A DNA stretch of 64,000 nt from a bacterium. GTDB lineage: Bacteria > Patescibacteriota > Microgenomatia > Daviesbacterales > UBA10151. The DNA lies in the NCBI GenBank assembly GCA_021786315.1, contig JAJYNN010000002.1, positions 398,997-462,996 of the forward strand, given 5' to 3'. The translations under genes were made by a program, and so were the position numbers. Shown here one piece after another: positions 52,070 to 61,533 of the stretch. The notes beneath the pieces are model-generated. The model searched no databases and had not been told where the DNA came from. It saw nothing but the letters and a program-made list of their open reading frames with translations. Positions within the stretch are counted from its first letter, which is position 1; every line of letters starts with the position of its first letter.

Positions 52070-53518
52070 CTATTTTACTAAAAGCGATGCCTGCTGAACC
52101 AGTGATTTTACCGGTTCCGGCAGGAAAATGCTGATAATAACAAACAAGCTTAAAAGAAAAATTGCCGGGATAACTGTCAGGTAATTTGATTCCCCTACCG
52201 GTACATTTTCTATATTCGGCCCCAAAGCCATATTGGTAGTATGCCTTAAAAACCCGACAAAAATAATGGCTAAAGCAATTAGGATTCCGACTACCACCAG
52301 AGGATAAGCAGCCATCCCGGAAGTTAAAATATAAAATTCCGTCATAAAAATTCCAAACGGCGGCATGCCGATAATGGCCAAAAACCCGATGAGTAGGATA
52401 ATACCGGTGATTGGTAAGACGGTAAGGGTTCCCTTGACGTTGTATATTTTGGTAGAACTGTATTTTAAGAAGATATTTCCGGCAGAGAAAAAGAGGGTTG
52501 ATTTAGTGAGTGAGTGATAGATCATGTGAAGGAGCGCGGCGAAAGTTCCCAGCCCCCCAAAACCAAACCCCAAGGCCATAATCCCCATGTGTTCGATACT
52601 GGAGTAAGCAAAGAGCCGTTTGTAGTTTTTTTGGATGACGATAATGAAAGCCGGAATGACAACCGACATGGCTCCAAAGAGTATCAGCAGGTTCTGCGAA
52701 AAAAGTGGTCCGACGGTTATATCTGCGACAGCCTTATATCTTAAAATAGCCATTAAAGCGACATTAAGCAGTGCTCCTGACAAAAGGGCGCTGACTGGGG
52801 ATGGAGCTTTACTGTGGGCATCAGGCAACCAGGTGTGCATTGGTGCCAGTCCTGCTTTGGTCCCGTAGCCGATCAGGACAAAAACGAAGGCAATTTTGGC
52901 CAGTAATGGGTTTAATAAATGGGCATTGGCCAAAAGTACTTGCCAGCTGATAAAGGAATCGGCTGCCAGATTCATGGTTGGGCTTAAGAAAAGTAATGTC
53001 CCGAAGAGCCCGAGCGAGAGCCCAATGGAGTTGATAATTAAGTATTTCCAGGCTGCTTCCATGGCTGAGGGCTTGTTGTAAAAGCTGATTAAGAAGGCAG
53101 TGGCCAATGTAGTGGCCTCAATTGAAAGCCAGGTTAAGATTGGGTTGGTGGTGGTGACGGCAAAAAACATGGCTAGCAAGAAAAGGTGGAAAAGGACAAA
53201 GTATTGTCTGACCCGGCGGAAACCGATGATCTCCTTTTGAACTTCCCGCCTTAGATAGCCAATGGAATAATATGAAGCGGCAAAGCCGACGACAACAATG
53301 GTGGAAAGGACGATAGTCCCCAGCGGATCAAGGGAAAGGAAAGATCCGAAAGAATAACTTTTTTGCCCCAGCACGGAAATCGCGGACATGATTAGCGATC
53401 CCAGCTCAATAGGCGCGGCCATGGCAGCAATTAGTTCCAAAGGCCAAATTTTCCTCGGCACCGCAAGTGAGAGCAGAACTGCGATGATCGGTGTAATCAC
53501 TAATAAAATTAAAGCCAT
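52070..53518 (-). CDS. NuoN/NuoM/MrpD-family antiporter-like subunit (HyfF/HyfD-like)
   Basis: 482 aa, ~14 TM helices of the proton-antiporter membrane-subunit family (Proton_antipo_M). Confidence 0.8.
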   Translation of the reverse strand: MALILLVITPIIAVLLSLAVPRKIWPLELIAAMAAPIELGSLIMSAISVLGQKSYSFGSFLSLDPLGTIVLSTIVVVGFAASYYSIGYLRREVQKEIIGFRRVRQYFVLFHLFLLAMFFAVTTTNPILTWLSIEATTLATAFLISFYNKPSAMEAAWKYLIINSIGLSLGLFGTLLFLSPTMNLAADSFISWQVLLANAHLLNPLLAKIAFVFVLIGYGTKAGLAPMHTWLPDAHSKAPSPVSALLSGALLNVALMAILRYKAVADITVGPLFSQNLLILFGAMSVVIPAFIIVIQKNYKRLFAYSSIEHMGIMALGFGFGGLGTFAALLHMIYHSLTKSTLFFSAGNIFLKYSSTKIYNVKGTLTVLPITGIILLIGFLAIIGMPPFGIFMTEFYILTSGMAAYPLVVVGILIALAIIFVGFLRHTTNMALGPNIENVPVGESNYLTVIPAIFLLSLFVIISIFLPEPVKSLVQQASLLVK

Positions 53519-53519
53519 A

Positions 53520-54176
53520 TTATTCTGTTAACTCCCTCATTGAGCTGACATCAAGCGAACCGAATTGGCGGAAAATCATGGTGGTAAAGATACTGGCGAT
53601 TGTGACCCAGATAAAGATACTGGCGGTAATCCCCAGTTGTAAGGCTGGGCTTTGTTCCAGGCCGGCGAATAAGGCGAATGAAACAATGCTATTTTCCAGC
53701 GATAGGACCCCTAAGGCTTGGGACAGGGCGCCTTTGCGGTTAATGCTCAAAAAGAGTGAGATTAAGATTGTGGCCATTGAAATAAACAATAGGTCCTGGC
53801 TGGAGGGAGATAGGAAGATTAGCGGTTTGAAAAAGCTGGCCTGGGTCAGGATGGAAAGAAGCACCATGACGGCAACCGTTAAGGGGGTGTTAAGAAAGGT
53901 GCTATGGGAAAAATTTGACGGATGGCGCTTAATCAGTTTCAGGAAAAAGTATGGGGCAAAAACAACCTTGACGGCGATGGTGGCGATAATGGCAATCAAA
54001 AGCAACAAGGACAGTTTCTGGAAGGAAGAAAGAAGTAATAAAATGGCGATGGCGGCGGATTGAAGCATATATAGTTTAACGGCGATTGAGTCCTTTTTTG
54101 TCAGGTTTAGAAGGACCACTGTTCCAAAGATCAGTGTGGAGAAGATTAATGAAATTTGTGGTGTTAAGTAATGCAT
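53520..54176 (-). CDS. HyfE-like small membrane subunit
   Basis: 218-aa polytopic membrane protein. Size and position match HyfE of hydrogenase-4-type operons. Confidence 0.45.
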   Translation of the reverse strand: MHYLTPQISLIFSTLIFGTVVLLNLTKKDSIAVKLYMLQSAAIAILLLLSSFQKLSLLLLIAIIATIAVKVVFAPYFFLKLIKRHPSNFSHSTFLNTPLTVAVMVLLSILTQASFFKPLIFLSPSSQDLLFISMATILISLFLSINRKGALSQALGVLSLENSIVSFALFAGLEQSPALQLGITASIFIWVTIASIFTTMIFRQFGSLDVSSMRELTE

Positions 54177-54180
54177 ATTT

Positions 54181-55131
54181 TTAGATAATTAAGATAATTG
54201 CTGCTACGCTCAGGGCAAATGAGGTAAATAACAGTTTCGGCAATTTAAAGATCCGGAGCTTGGCAATGCTGGATTCCAAAGCGGCAATGCCCAGACAAAA
54301 CAGCCCGGCTTTGACCATAAATAATAATAAAGTTACCAAAATTTGGCTGGCATTACCCGATCCGGTAATTCCCCAAGGGAAAAACATATTTACTCCCAAG
54401 GCAATAAAGATCAGGTATTTATTGGCGGAAGCCCACTCGATAAGAGCCAGCCTTTTCCCGGAGTATTCCAGGATCATGGCCTCATGGATCATGGTCAGCT
54501 CAAGATGAGTCGACGGATTATCAAACGGGTAGCGGCAGGTTTCCGCCAGAAGAGAGATGGTAAAGCTGGCAAAGGCCAAGATAACCGGGGCAAAGTTAAT
54601 AAGCGGCATGGAGGTCATGTTGTGAATAATTCCGGTAAGGTTAGTGGTGTGGCTGATTAAGGCCAGGGTCAAGATTGACAGGACCAACCCTCCTTCGGTC
54701 AAAGATGCCACTAACATCTCCCGGCTGGAACCGAAGCCGCCGAAGGCTCCCCCGGTATCAATTCCGGCCAAAGCCAAAAAGAATGTCCCAAAGGCCAAAA
54801 GATAAATAACCACCAGAAAATCACTGGTAAATATCGTTGGCAGAGTTGTAGAAAAAAGCGGGATAATGGCCCCGATAAAGATTGTGGAGGCAAAGATAAG
54901 GTATGGTGCAGCCAGGAAAACCCAGGAAGCATCATGGCTAACCACTTCATCCTTGTGAAGCAGTTTCCAAAGATCCCGGTATGGTTGGGTTATGGGTGCG
55001 CCCCGGCGGTTTTGCAATTTGGCTTTGACTTTTCTGGTTAACCCAATAAATAACGGCGATACCGCGGGAATTAAGATTATCTGGAGTAATACTAACAAAA
55101 TGTTTGTCATATATTTATAAGGCAAGGACAA
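54181..55131 (-). CDS. NuoH/HycD/HyfC-like membrane subunit
   Basis: 316 aa. KLQNRRGAPITQPYRDLWKLLHKDEV matches the conserved NuoH/HycD loop (R.GP...QP..D..K). Confidence 0.8.
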   Translation of the reverse strand: MSLPYKYMTNILLVLLQIILIPAVSPLFIGLTRKVKAKLQNRRGAPITQPYRDLWKLLHKDEVVSHDASWVFLAAPYLIFASTIFIGAIIPLFSTTLPTIFTSDFLVVIYLLAFGTFFLALAGIDTGGAFGGFGSSREMLVASLTEGGLVLSILTLALISHTTNLTGIIHNMTSMPLINFAPVILAFASFTISLLAETCRYPFDNPSTHLELTMIHEAMILEYSGKRLALIEWASANKYLIFIALGVNMFFPWGITGSGNASQILVTLLLFMVKAGLFCLGIAALESSIAKLRIFKLPKLLFTSFALSVAAIILII

Positions 55132-57139
55132 ATAATATACCGATTAAGGCAATCAGAATATAAAGAATATAAGCATTAGTGTAGCCAACCTGGATCTTTT
55201 TCATTTGTCCCGCAGTGTCTAAAACAAGCTTCCTTAATGGTTGATAAATATAGGGCATATAGATATCCTGGAGCTCCAGGTGAATGGCGTTACTTTTGGG
55301 GAAATATTTCATCCTCTCATCGTCATATTCAACTTCAGTTTCCTTCAATGGCTTTAAAACTTTTTGGAAAACCGTAATAAAGGACCGGGAAAATCCGGTG
55401 GCGGTAATTTCCATTCTTGGGGAAAGATCTGAACCGCAATCCCAGGTGATATTGCGGCTGACTTTTTGGGTTCGGGTTAGAAGGTAAGTTATCCCGGCAA
55501 CTACTGTCAGAGCTGCCACCAATCCAATGAAGATTTGGGGCATGGAAATAAAGGCAAAGTTGTTGGCAATATTTACGGATTGGGTTTGGGCATGGATCAT
55601 TGTTTCAGTTCCTGAAAGGTTAATTAAGCTTGCGGCAACTTTATTTAAGAATCCGGTCACGGTTCCGGAGAAAAACCCTAATACTATGGTTAAAGCAGCC
55701 AGCCCGGCCATTCCTGCCCTTAAAGGAACCCCGGGTTCCTTAGTATGAGCTACTTCCTGGTTTCTGGGTCTGGCTAAAAAAGTGGCTCCGAAGGCCTTAA
55801 CAAAACAGGCTGCCGCCAGCCCTCCGGTAAAAGCCAAGGCTCCGGCAGAAAGGATAAAGGTCAGTTTGGTTAAGACATCAAACCTCAAAACCCCCTGGAA
55901 AAGGGATTGGAAGGTCATCCATTCGCTGAAGAAGCCGTTGAATGGAGGCAAGGCTGAGATGGCCATCGACCCAATCAAAAAGAACAACGCAGTTTGAGGC
56001 ATATGCTTAATTAACCCCCCGTATTCCTCGATATTCCGGGTATGGGTTTCGGAAATGACTGATCCCGCCCCCATAAACAGGAGGGCTTTAAAGGTGGCGT
56101 GGTTTAAGGTGTGGTATAAGGCGGCTATCAACCCGATGGCAGCCAAGGAGTAAAGGTGGGCGGAGACAAAGACAAAAGCGCTCCCCAACCCCAATAAGAT
56201 AATGCCGATATTTTCAATACTGTGGTAGGCCAAAAGTTTTTTGATATCGTGTTCTGCCAAAGCGTAAAGTACTCCCAAAAGTGAAGAGACTGCTCCAAGA
56301 ATAAGTATCAAAAGCCCCCACCAAAGCGGAACAGCCGGCAGGAAGAAGAGGCTGAACCTAATTAACATATAGATACCTGTTTTAATCATTACGCCCGACA
56401 TTAAAGCTGAGACATGGGTTGGTGCGGCGGGATGGGCGCTGGGGAGCCAGATATGCAACGGAATAATCCCGGCTTTGGTGCCAAATCCAAAGAGGGCAAA
56501 GAGCAAAATCAAATTAGTAATTTGGGAAGGGGCATGGACAATACCTGTCTTAATGGCTTCAAACTCAAATGACCCGGTGACGCTGTACATTAACAGAAAG
56601 GCTAGGACAATGAAGGCGGTGCCGACGTGGGTCATCATGAAATAAAGCGATCCGGCCTTTATATTGTTGTGTTCCCGGTTTTCGTAAATGACCAGGAAGT
56701 AAGAGGCCAAAGACATCAATTCCCAAACGATTAAGAAAAATAAGGCATTATGGGAGGTAGCCACTAAAATCATGCTGGCGATAAAGATGTTATAGAAAAA
56801 CCCTAAAACGCCGATGTTGTACTTTTTGTAGTAATGCTTAACGTAACCTAAAGCATAAATTGAGGCCAAGGTGGCAATTGTACAGATGATCAACATAAAG
56901 TAGGTTGAAAGCTGGTCAAACTTAAAAGTAAAGGAAAGCAAGGGGAAGGCAGAAGGTACAGTTAAAATTGGGGTAGTTCCTGAAAGTAACGTTTGGATGG
57001 AAAATATCAGCCCGGCTACTGACCCAGCGATGGCAAAGAGGTTACCCCAGAGGTTGGCCGCCTGGTCTTTCTTCCCTAAAAATAATGAGCCCAGGGCTCC
57101 AATAGTAAACAATAACAAAATGCTGTAAAAATAATTCAT
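55115..57139 (-). CDS. NuoL/MrpA/HyfB-like antiporter subunit
   Basis: 674 aa (HyfB is ~672 aa). Proton_antipo_M core plus the long C-terminal extension typical of NuoL/HyfB. Confidence 0.8.
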   Translation of the reverse strand: MNYFYSILLLFTIGALGSLFLGKKDQAANLWGNLFAIAGSVAGLIFSIQTLLSGTTPILTVPSAFPLLSFTFKFDQLSTYFMLIICTIATLASIYALGYVKHYYKKYNIGVLGFFYNIFIASMILVATSHNALFFLIVWELMSLASYFLVIYENREHNNIKAGSLYFMMTHVGTAFIVLAFLLMYSVTGSFEFEAIKTGIVHAPSQITNLILLFALFGFGTKAGIIPLHIWLPSAHPAAPTHVSALMSGVMIKTGIYMLIRFSLFFLPAVPLWWGLLILILGAVSSLLGVLYALAEHDIKKLLAYHSIENIGIILLGLGSAFVFVSAHLYSLAAIGLIAALYHTLNHATFKALLFMGAGSVISETHTRNIEEYGGLIKHMPQTALFFLIGSMAISALPPFNGFFSEWMTFQSLFQGVLRFDVLTKLTFILSAGALAFTGGLAAACFVKAFGATFLARPRNQEVAHTKEPGVPLRAGMAGLAALTIVLGFFSGTVTGFLNKVAASLINLSGTETMIHAQTQSVNIANNFAFISMPQIFIGLVAALTVVAGITYLLTRTQKVSRNITWDCGSDLSPRMEITATGFSRSFITVFQKVLKPLKETEVEYDDERMKYFPKSNAIHLELQDIYMPYIYQPLRKLVLDTAGQMKKIQVGYTNAYILYILIALIGILFVLAL

Positions 57140-57672
57140 GCTTTCTTTTCCATATCACTTAATATTGTTAATAATGCTTCAATAATTTGCTTAGGTGAAG
57201 GCGGATCTCCGGGAATCTGGTAATTTACCGGGATAACACTCGCTACTCCATCCTCTACCGCATAAGAACCCTTAAAAATTCCTCCGGAGATGGCGTCATT
57301 CCCCACTGCCACCACAATTTTGGGATCAGGAGTGGCGTTATAGGTTTTAATCAAAGCTTCTTTCATGTTGCGGCTGACCGGTCCTGTGACCATTAACATA
57401 TCCGCATGCCTGGGAGAGGCCACAAAATGTACCCCGAAACGGTCAACATCGTAATAGGAATTTCCTAAGGCCACCAATTCCTGTTCGCAGGCATTGGTGG
57501 ATCCTGCGGTGACTACCCTAATAGCCAAAGACCCTTTAAAAAGTTTTTTAACCTTCTTTTGGATCTCTTTTCCTACAAGATATGCGTCCTTATCCTGGCT
57601 CAAATTAAAGGACTTTGTGTCAACTAAAGTTCCTGGTGTCTTAAAAATCTTCAAAAATAAGTTGGTTATCAC
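57136..57672 (-). CDS. NuoB/HycG-like small subunit with 3 of 4 [4Fe-4S] cysteines substituted
   Basis: 178 aa, GTG start. DVDRFGVHFVASPRHADMLMVTG core is conserved. TNACEQE replaces the CC motif, VGNDAISGG replaces GxCAxxGG, and IPGDPPSP replaces PGCPP. Confidence 0.75.
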   Translation of the reverse strand: MITNLFLKIFKTPGTLVDTKSFNLSQDKDAYLVGKEIQKKVKKLFKGSLAIRVVTAGSTNACEQELVALGNSYYDVDRFGVHFVASPRHADMLMVTGPVSRNMKEALIKTYNATPDPKIVVAVGNDAISGGIFKGSYAVEDGVASVIPVNYQIPGDPPSPKQIIEALLTILSDMEKKA

Positions 57673-57680
57673 AACTGATT

Positions 57681-57709
57681 AGTATATGCCTTTTTTAAAA
57701 GGGGGTCAA
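57681..57709 (-). promoter_or_regulatory. Candidate promoter for the Hyf/Ehr-like operon (TTGACC-17-TATACT on the minus strand)
   Basis: Reverse complement of ~57704-57709 reads TTGACC; that of ~57681-57686 reads TATACT. Spacer is 17 nt, ending ~9 nt before the GTG start. Confidence 0.3.
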
Positions 57710-57761
57710 TTGATATGTTTAAGTAGGTGTTTGATCATAAAACACATAGAATACACAGAAT

Positions 57762-58913
57762 TTAACGAGTTGGAGCCAGGGCGACAGCGTTTGAATTAAC
57801 CCGGACGAATTTATCCCAGTAATCATTTGCTGCTGCTATAGTCTTATTGGCCTCATTCTTATCGTAATTCCAGGACATAATAGTGTTAAAGATTGTTTGA
57901 TCATTTCCTCTCATATAACCTTTCATTGCCAGAAAGACCCAGGCACCGATTACTGCTGAGGTGGGGTCAAAGGGATTAAACTTTACTCCTACCCGGTCCA
58001 TTAATTGGTAAACTTTAAGGGCGTTATCAGGCATAAATTGGGGACCGATTGCTCCTCCGCTAACATCACCTTCGCCTGAATACGATCCGGGAATTTTTTC
58101 ATAATTAAAATTGATGCCGGTATCTGTACTTACCAACTCACAAAGCTTTTTTAAGGAGTCAACTCCATCGGGAAATATTTTTGGATTTATGTGGCGGATG
58201 GCGGGTTGTTCTCCGGTATTGATAAAACCAAACTTAAGTTCATTTCCTCCAAAAGAGCTGCCCGTTTCCAGCGCCATCAGCATGGCCATTCCGCCCGGAT
58301 TCATCATTACCGTTTCTGGATCAATTTTCTGGTTGGCTAGTGAGGGTCTAAGAGTAGGCAACAAAGTTTTAATTACTTCCAGGGCTTGAGGATAAGCCTC
58401 TTTACAGATCGCCAATACCTCGGGCTGAAGCTTCTGGCTGATTGCCCATTCCATTTCCTGAGGAGAGAGATTTTTAGGTAGATCTCCTTTTGTTCGGAGT
58501 TCAGTTCGAGCATCAAGTAAACAAGCGCGTAGATCTTTACTGGTTACAGCCCAAAAGCCTTGGTTGATTTGCTCCTTTGTTTGTGCTAAAGCAACATAAG
58601 CCGCTTCTTTTCTGACTCTTTTGGGTGTATAGGGATCAAGAGAGAGGATCTCGTTAAGAAATGCTTTAAGGTCTGTTTTTTCTACGGTTTTTGGAACTTC
58701 CTTGGTGGTAGCGTTTGTGGTTGGGGTTTCTTTGGTAGCCACAGGAGTTGTGGCTGGTGCAGGTGCTTCTGTAGCCGAGGAAGTAGACGTATTCAAAGCT
58801 CGACCGGCAATTGCACCAAGTATCCCTCCACCGGCAATATAGAGGCCAGCTTTAACTAATCTCCTTCTTGTTGCGTCATATTCATGCGGATTAGGATTGT
58901 CTTTGTTATCCAC
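57762..58913 (-). CDS. Lytic murein transglycosylase (MltB/SLT_2-like) with a twin-arginine signal peptide
   Basis: 383 aa. N-terminal ATRRRLVKAGLYIAGGGILGAIAG (Tat motif T-R-R-x-L-V-K plus an h-region). SGGAIGPQFMP matches the GxMGxxQFMP motif of MltB-type transglycosylases. Confidence 0.5.
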   Translation of the reverse strand: MDNKDNPNPHEYDATRRRLVKAGLYIAGGGILGAIAGRALNTSTSSATEAPAPATTPVATKETPTTNATTKEVPKTVEKTDLKAFLNEILSLDPYTPKRVRKEAAYVALAQTKEQINQGFWAVTSKDLRACLLDARTELRTKGDLPKNLSPQEMEWAISQKLQPEVLAICKEAYPQALEVIKTLLPTLRPSLANQKIDPETVMMNPGGMAMLMALETGSSFGGNELKFGFINTGEQPAIRHINPKIFPDGVDSLKKLCELVSTDTGINFNYEKIPGSYSGEGDVSGGAIGPQFMPDNALKVYQLMDRVGVKFNPFDPTSAVIGAWVFLAMKGYMRGNDQTIFNTIMSWNYDKNEANKTIAAANDYWDKFVRVNSNAVALAPTR

Positions 58914-58940
58914 TTATTTCATGGTAGAATTTACTCTCGT

Positions 58941-59351
58941 ATGAGTCAACTACATCTAAAGATTGTCACTCCGGAAAAAGAAATCTATGATTCTGAGGTG
59001 GATATGGTAACCGTCACTACTCCTGATGGAGAAATTGGGGTACTCCCCCACCACGCCAATTTAATGGCCCAGGTTATCCCAGGCGAGCTGAAAGTAAAAA
59101 TTGGTGATAAGGAAACTCATATGGCTACCGGAAGCGGTTTGCTGCAGATGATAAACAATACCTTAATTATAGCTACTGATTTGGCAGAAAGAGCGGAAGA
59201 TATTGATGAGAAAGCTGTGGAAGAGGCAAAAGCTCGGGCCCAAGCTGCTTTAGAACAGACACTAACTGATGAGGAATATGCTACGGCTGCTGCAGCTTTG
59301 GAAAAGGCATTAGCCCAGCTTAAAGTTAAACGCCGCCACCGAGTTTCCTAG
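58941..59351 (+). CDS. atpC: F-type ATP synthase epsilon subunit, separated from atpD by ~17 kb
   Basis: MSQLHLKIVTPEKEIYDSEVDMVTVTTPDGEIGVLPHHANLMAQVIPGELKV is the canonical epsilon N-terminal beta-sandwich. Start moved to the internal ATG of track ORF 58884..59351. Confidence 0.8.
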   Translation: MSQLHLKIVTPEKEIYDSEVDMVTVTTPDGEIGVLPHHANLMAQVIPGELKVKIGDKETHMATGSGLLQMINNTLIIATDLAERAEDIDEKAVEEAKARAQAALEQTLTDEEYATAAAALEKALAQLKVKRRHRVS

Positions 59352-59781
59352 TAGCTACCAATAAGGAAATAAAACTGCCTGTCCCTTCAGCGATACTTGG
59401 AAGAAATAACGCACCTTGTCCGTCTCTTTGGGCAATCATGTCAATTGCGGCTGCAAAATCATGGGTGGGAAGTGAGTTCCAGGCTAGGATTCCGAGCCCA
59501 ACAGCAGCGAGTATAAAAGGGCCCCGATATTTAGCAAAAGATTTAACATCCTTCCAACCAAACCTGTTTTCTGCCCTTAAATTCCTAACGTCTTTAACAC
59601 TTTGAAGGTACTTGGTCCAATTTTCAAGGGCTTGTTCGGAGGGCTCTTTGCTGGGATCCGTTAGTTCATTCCAAGTATCATAATTAAGGGGGCGGATGGC
59701 ATAGTGGCGTGAATGTAAGACTCTTGTCCTTTTATCGGAACCGGAAAACGAATAGGTTTCTGAACCTTCGACATTTGGCAT
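59326..59781 (-). CDS. Hypothetical protein with one TM segment
   Basis: 151-aa ORF convergent with atpC, no motif. Confidence 0.3.
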   Translation of the reverse strand: MPNVEGSETYSFSGSDKRTRVLHSRHYAIRPLNYDTWNELTDPSKEPSEQALENWTKYLQSVKDVRNLRAENRFGWKDVKSFAKYRGPFILAAVGLGILAWNSLPTHDFAAAIDMIAQRDGQGALFLPSIAEGTGSFISLLVATRKLGGGV

Positions 59782-59830
59782 AATAGGTAAATTATACCTT
59801 TATTCTATCCCTCTGTCAAAGACTATCGGT

Positions 59831-60844
59831 CTAAAAAAGAGGTAATGCCAGTTGGCCGGTCTGCAAGATTGCTTCGATTTTTCTCTGGGTTACCGCTAAA
59901 GAACCATTTGCCCATCTCCCGACGTCTGTCGGGTCAAACAGGCCATCCCTGTCCATTGGTTCCCTGGATATCAAGCTGCTGCACATGGTAGACAAGGGGC
60001 AGAGATGGTGCCAGTAATTATTACAACATGTACTACCTATAAGCCATAATGTTTCTGACACGCGGGATGGTAAAAGTTTATTTTCTCTGCACAAGTCTTC
60101 AAATAAGGGTACTAATCGTTGGTCCACTACATGATGTTTGTGTGTTGGCCCGTCAAGCTTTACCCCTCCTGTTTGAATAGCCAGTCGCGCAACTTGGAAG
60201 TCGACAGGAATACCAATACTTTCTGCCTCAAAAATTGTGGCTAAATCATATTGCGAAACCCATTGTAAAAATAACCTACCTATTTTAGGTCCGAATCTTT
60301 GAAACCCTCCCCACCCTTCTTTCCTTTTAGGACCGACAAGTTCTGCCAGGATTGCCGGAGCATGATCTTGGTACTCGGAAAAGAAGTTTTTTAAATCTCC
60401 GCCGTATTTGTCACAAAGTACTTGGGCATTGTGTTGCCACCTGTAAAGCGCAATTTTGTTTATTCCGGGTCTTAACAAATCTTGTGCCGTCTGAATAACC
60501 TCCTGCTCATCTCTTTGAACAATATCCTCCGGCTTAAAAATCCAAGCGTGATCATTCAGATGCAAACGTTTGTTGAAGCTTTTTAATTGTTTGGCGGAAT
60601 CATCCGCAAAAAGTGAAGTGACCGTAAAAAAAACTCCATGTAAGGCAAAACTCTCTATATTATTATTTCGTCCATAAGCTTTTAGCCTGGTGATAAACGT
60701 TTCCTCAGGCGGTTTAACTCCGAGTCCAAAGATCCCCTCCCCTTTGTCTCGGGAATCCAGGGCATGCTTCACAATCTCCAAGATTCTTTCCCTATCCACA
60801 GTTACCCTGGAAGAATTATCCGCTTCGGTCATACCTGTGCCCAA
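59831..60844 (-). CDS. Hypothetical protein with a C-terminal Cys cluster; possibly a distant HhH DNA-glycosylase-like fold
   Basis: 337 aa. RFGPKIGRLFLQW (HhH-like GxG loop). STCCNNYWHHLCPLSTMCSS Cys cluster. Weak support. Confidence 0.35.
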   Translation of the reverse strand: MGTGMTEADNSSRVTVDRERILEIVKHALDSRDKGEGIFGLGVKPPEETFITRLKAYGRNNNIESFALHGVFFTVTSLFADDSAKQLKSFNKRLHLNDHAWIFKPEDIVQRDEQEVIQTAQDLLRPGINKIALYRWQHNAQVLCDKYGGDLKNFFSEYQDHAPAILAELVGPKRKEGWGGFQRFGPKIGRLFLQWVSQYDLATIFEAESIGIPVDFQVARLAIQTGGVKLDGPTHKHHVVDQRLVPLFEDLCRENKLLPSRVSETLWLIGSTCCNNYWHHLCPLSTMCSSLISREPMDRDGLFDPTDVGRWANGSLAVTQRKIEAILQTGQLALPLF

Positions 60845-60898
60845 TTATGCCTGAATTCCTTACAGATTCGCAAGCCTTAAAAGTGCTAGACTGGATAT

Positions 60899-61459
60899 AT
60901 GGATATCTTGCTGGACAACCTAAATTGGATGTCCTTTAATGTAGCCTTGGCTTTGATGGCCGTGATTTTTGGCTATCTTTTCCTTCATTCGAGGAATTTG
61001 TACGCAAGGATATTATTTTTTGTCCTCTGGATACTTTTTATTCCCAACACAATTTACTTGGTTACGGATTTAAAGTGGCTGCCGGAACAATTCCCAAAAT
61101 TGGATTTGCAAAACCAGTTAATTCTTGTTGCCCAATATCTTGTCCTTTTGCTTACCGGGTTGGTTACCTTTTTCTTTGGGTTACGTCCCCTGGAAGAGGT
61201 TTTATCCAAGCCCAAACACAGAATTAATATTCCAGTTCCTGTAATTATTTTCCTGGCTAATTACCTAATTGCCTTTGGAGTGGTTTTGGGGAGGGTGGAA
61301 AGGATCAACTCCTGGGATGTCTTTACCCGGCCATCAACAGTTTTTACGAGTGCCAGCAATATCTTTAATTCCCAAGAGGATCTAATCTTCATTCTTCTTT
61401 TTGGAACCTTGTCCAACTTAATTTATTTTGCATGGAAGCAATTTTTAAAGTTTAATTAG
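60899..61459 (+). CDS. DUF1361-family membrane protein
   Basis: 186 aa, 5 TM helices. RVERINSWDVFTRP matches the conserved R.NSWD motif of DUF1361. Confidence 0.6.
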   Translation: MDILLDNLNWMSFNVALALMAVIFGYLFLHSRNLYARILFFVLWILFIPNTIYLVTDLKWLPEQFPKLDLQNQLILVAQYLVLLLTGLVTFFFGLRPLEEVLSKPKHRINIPVPVIIFLANYLIAFGVVLGRVERINSWDVFTRPSTVFTSASNIFNSQEDLIFILLFGTLSNLIYFAWKQFLKFN

Positions 61460-61533
61460 CAAAGTTATTCTCCTGGTTTAACTTACTATTATAGGTGGTT
61501 TTTGCCTACAGGGATTGATATAATATCTCGTGA

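Noticed and set aside
57672-57672. Whether the NuoB-like gene and other track ORFs truly start at their listed first codons (several are TTG/GTG: 8059, 42751, 43802, 46029, 57672).
   Set aside because: This is not a feature in itself. Starts were moved to internal ATG codons only where a better RBS or a canonical N-terminus was evident; the others were left as listed, with lower confidence.
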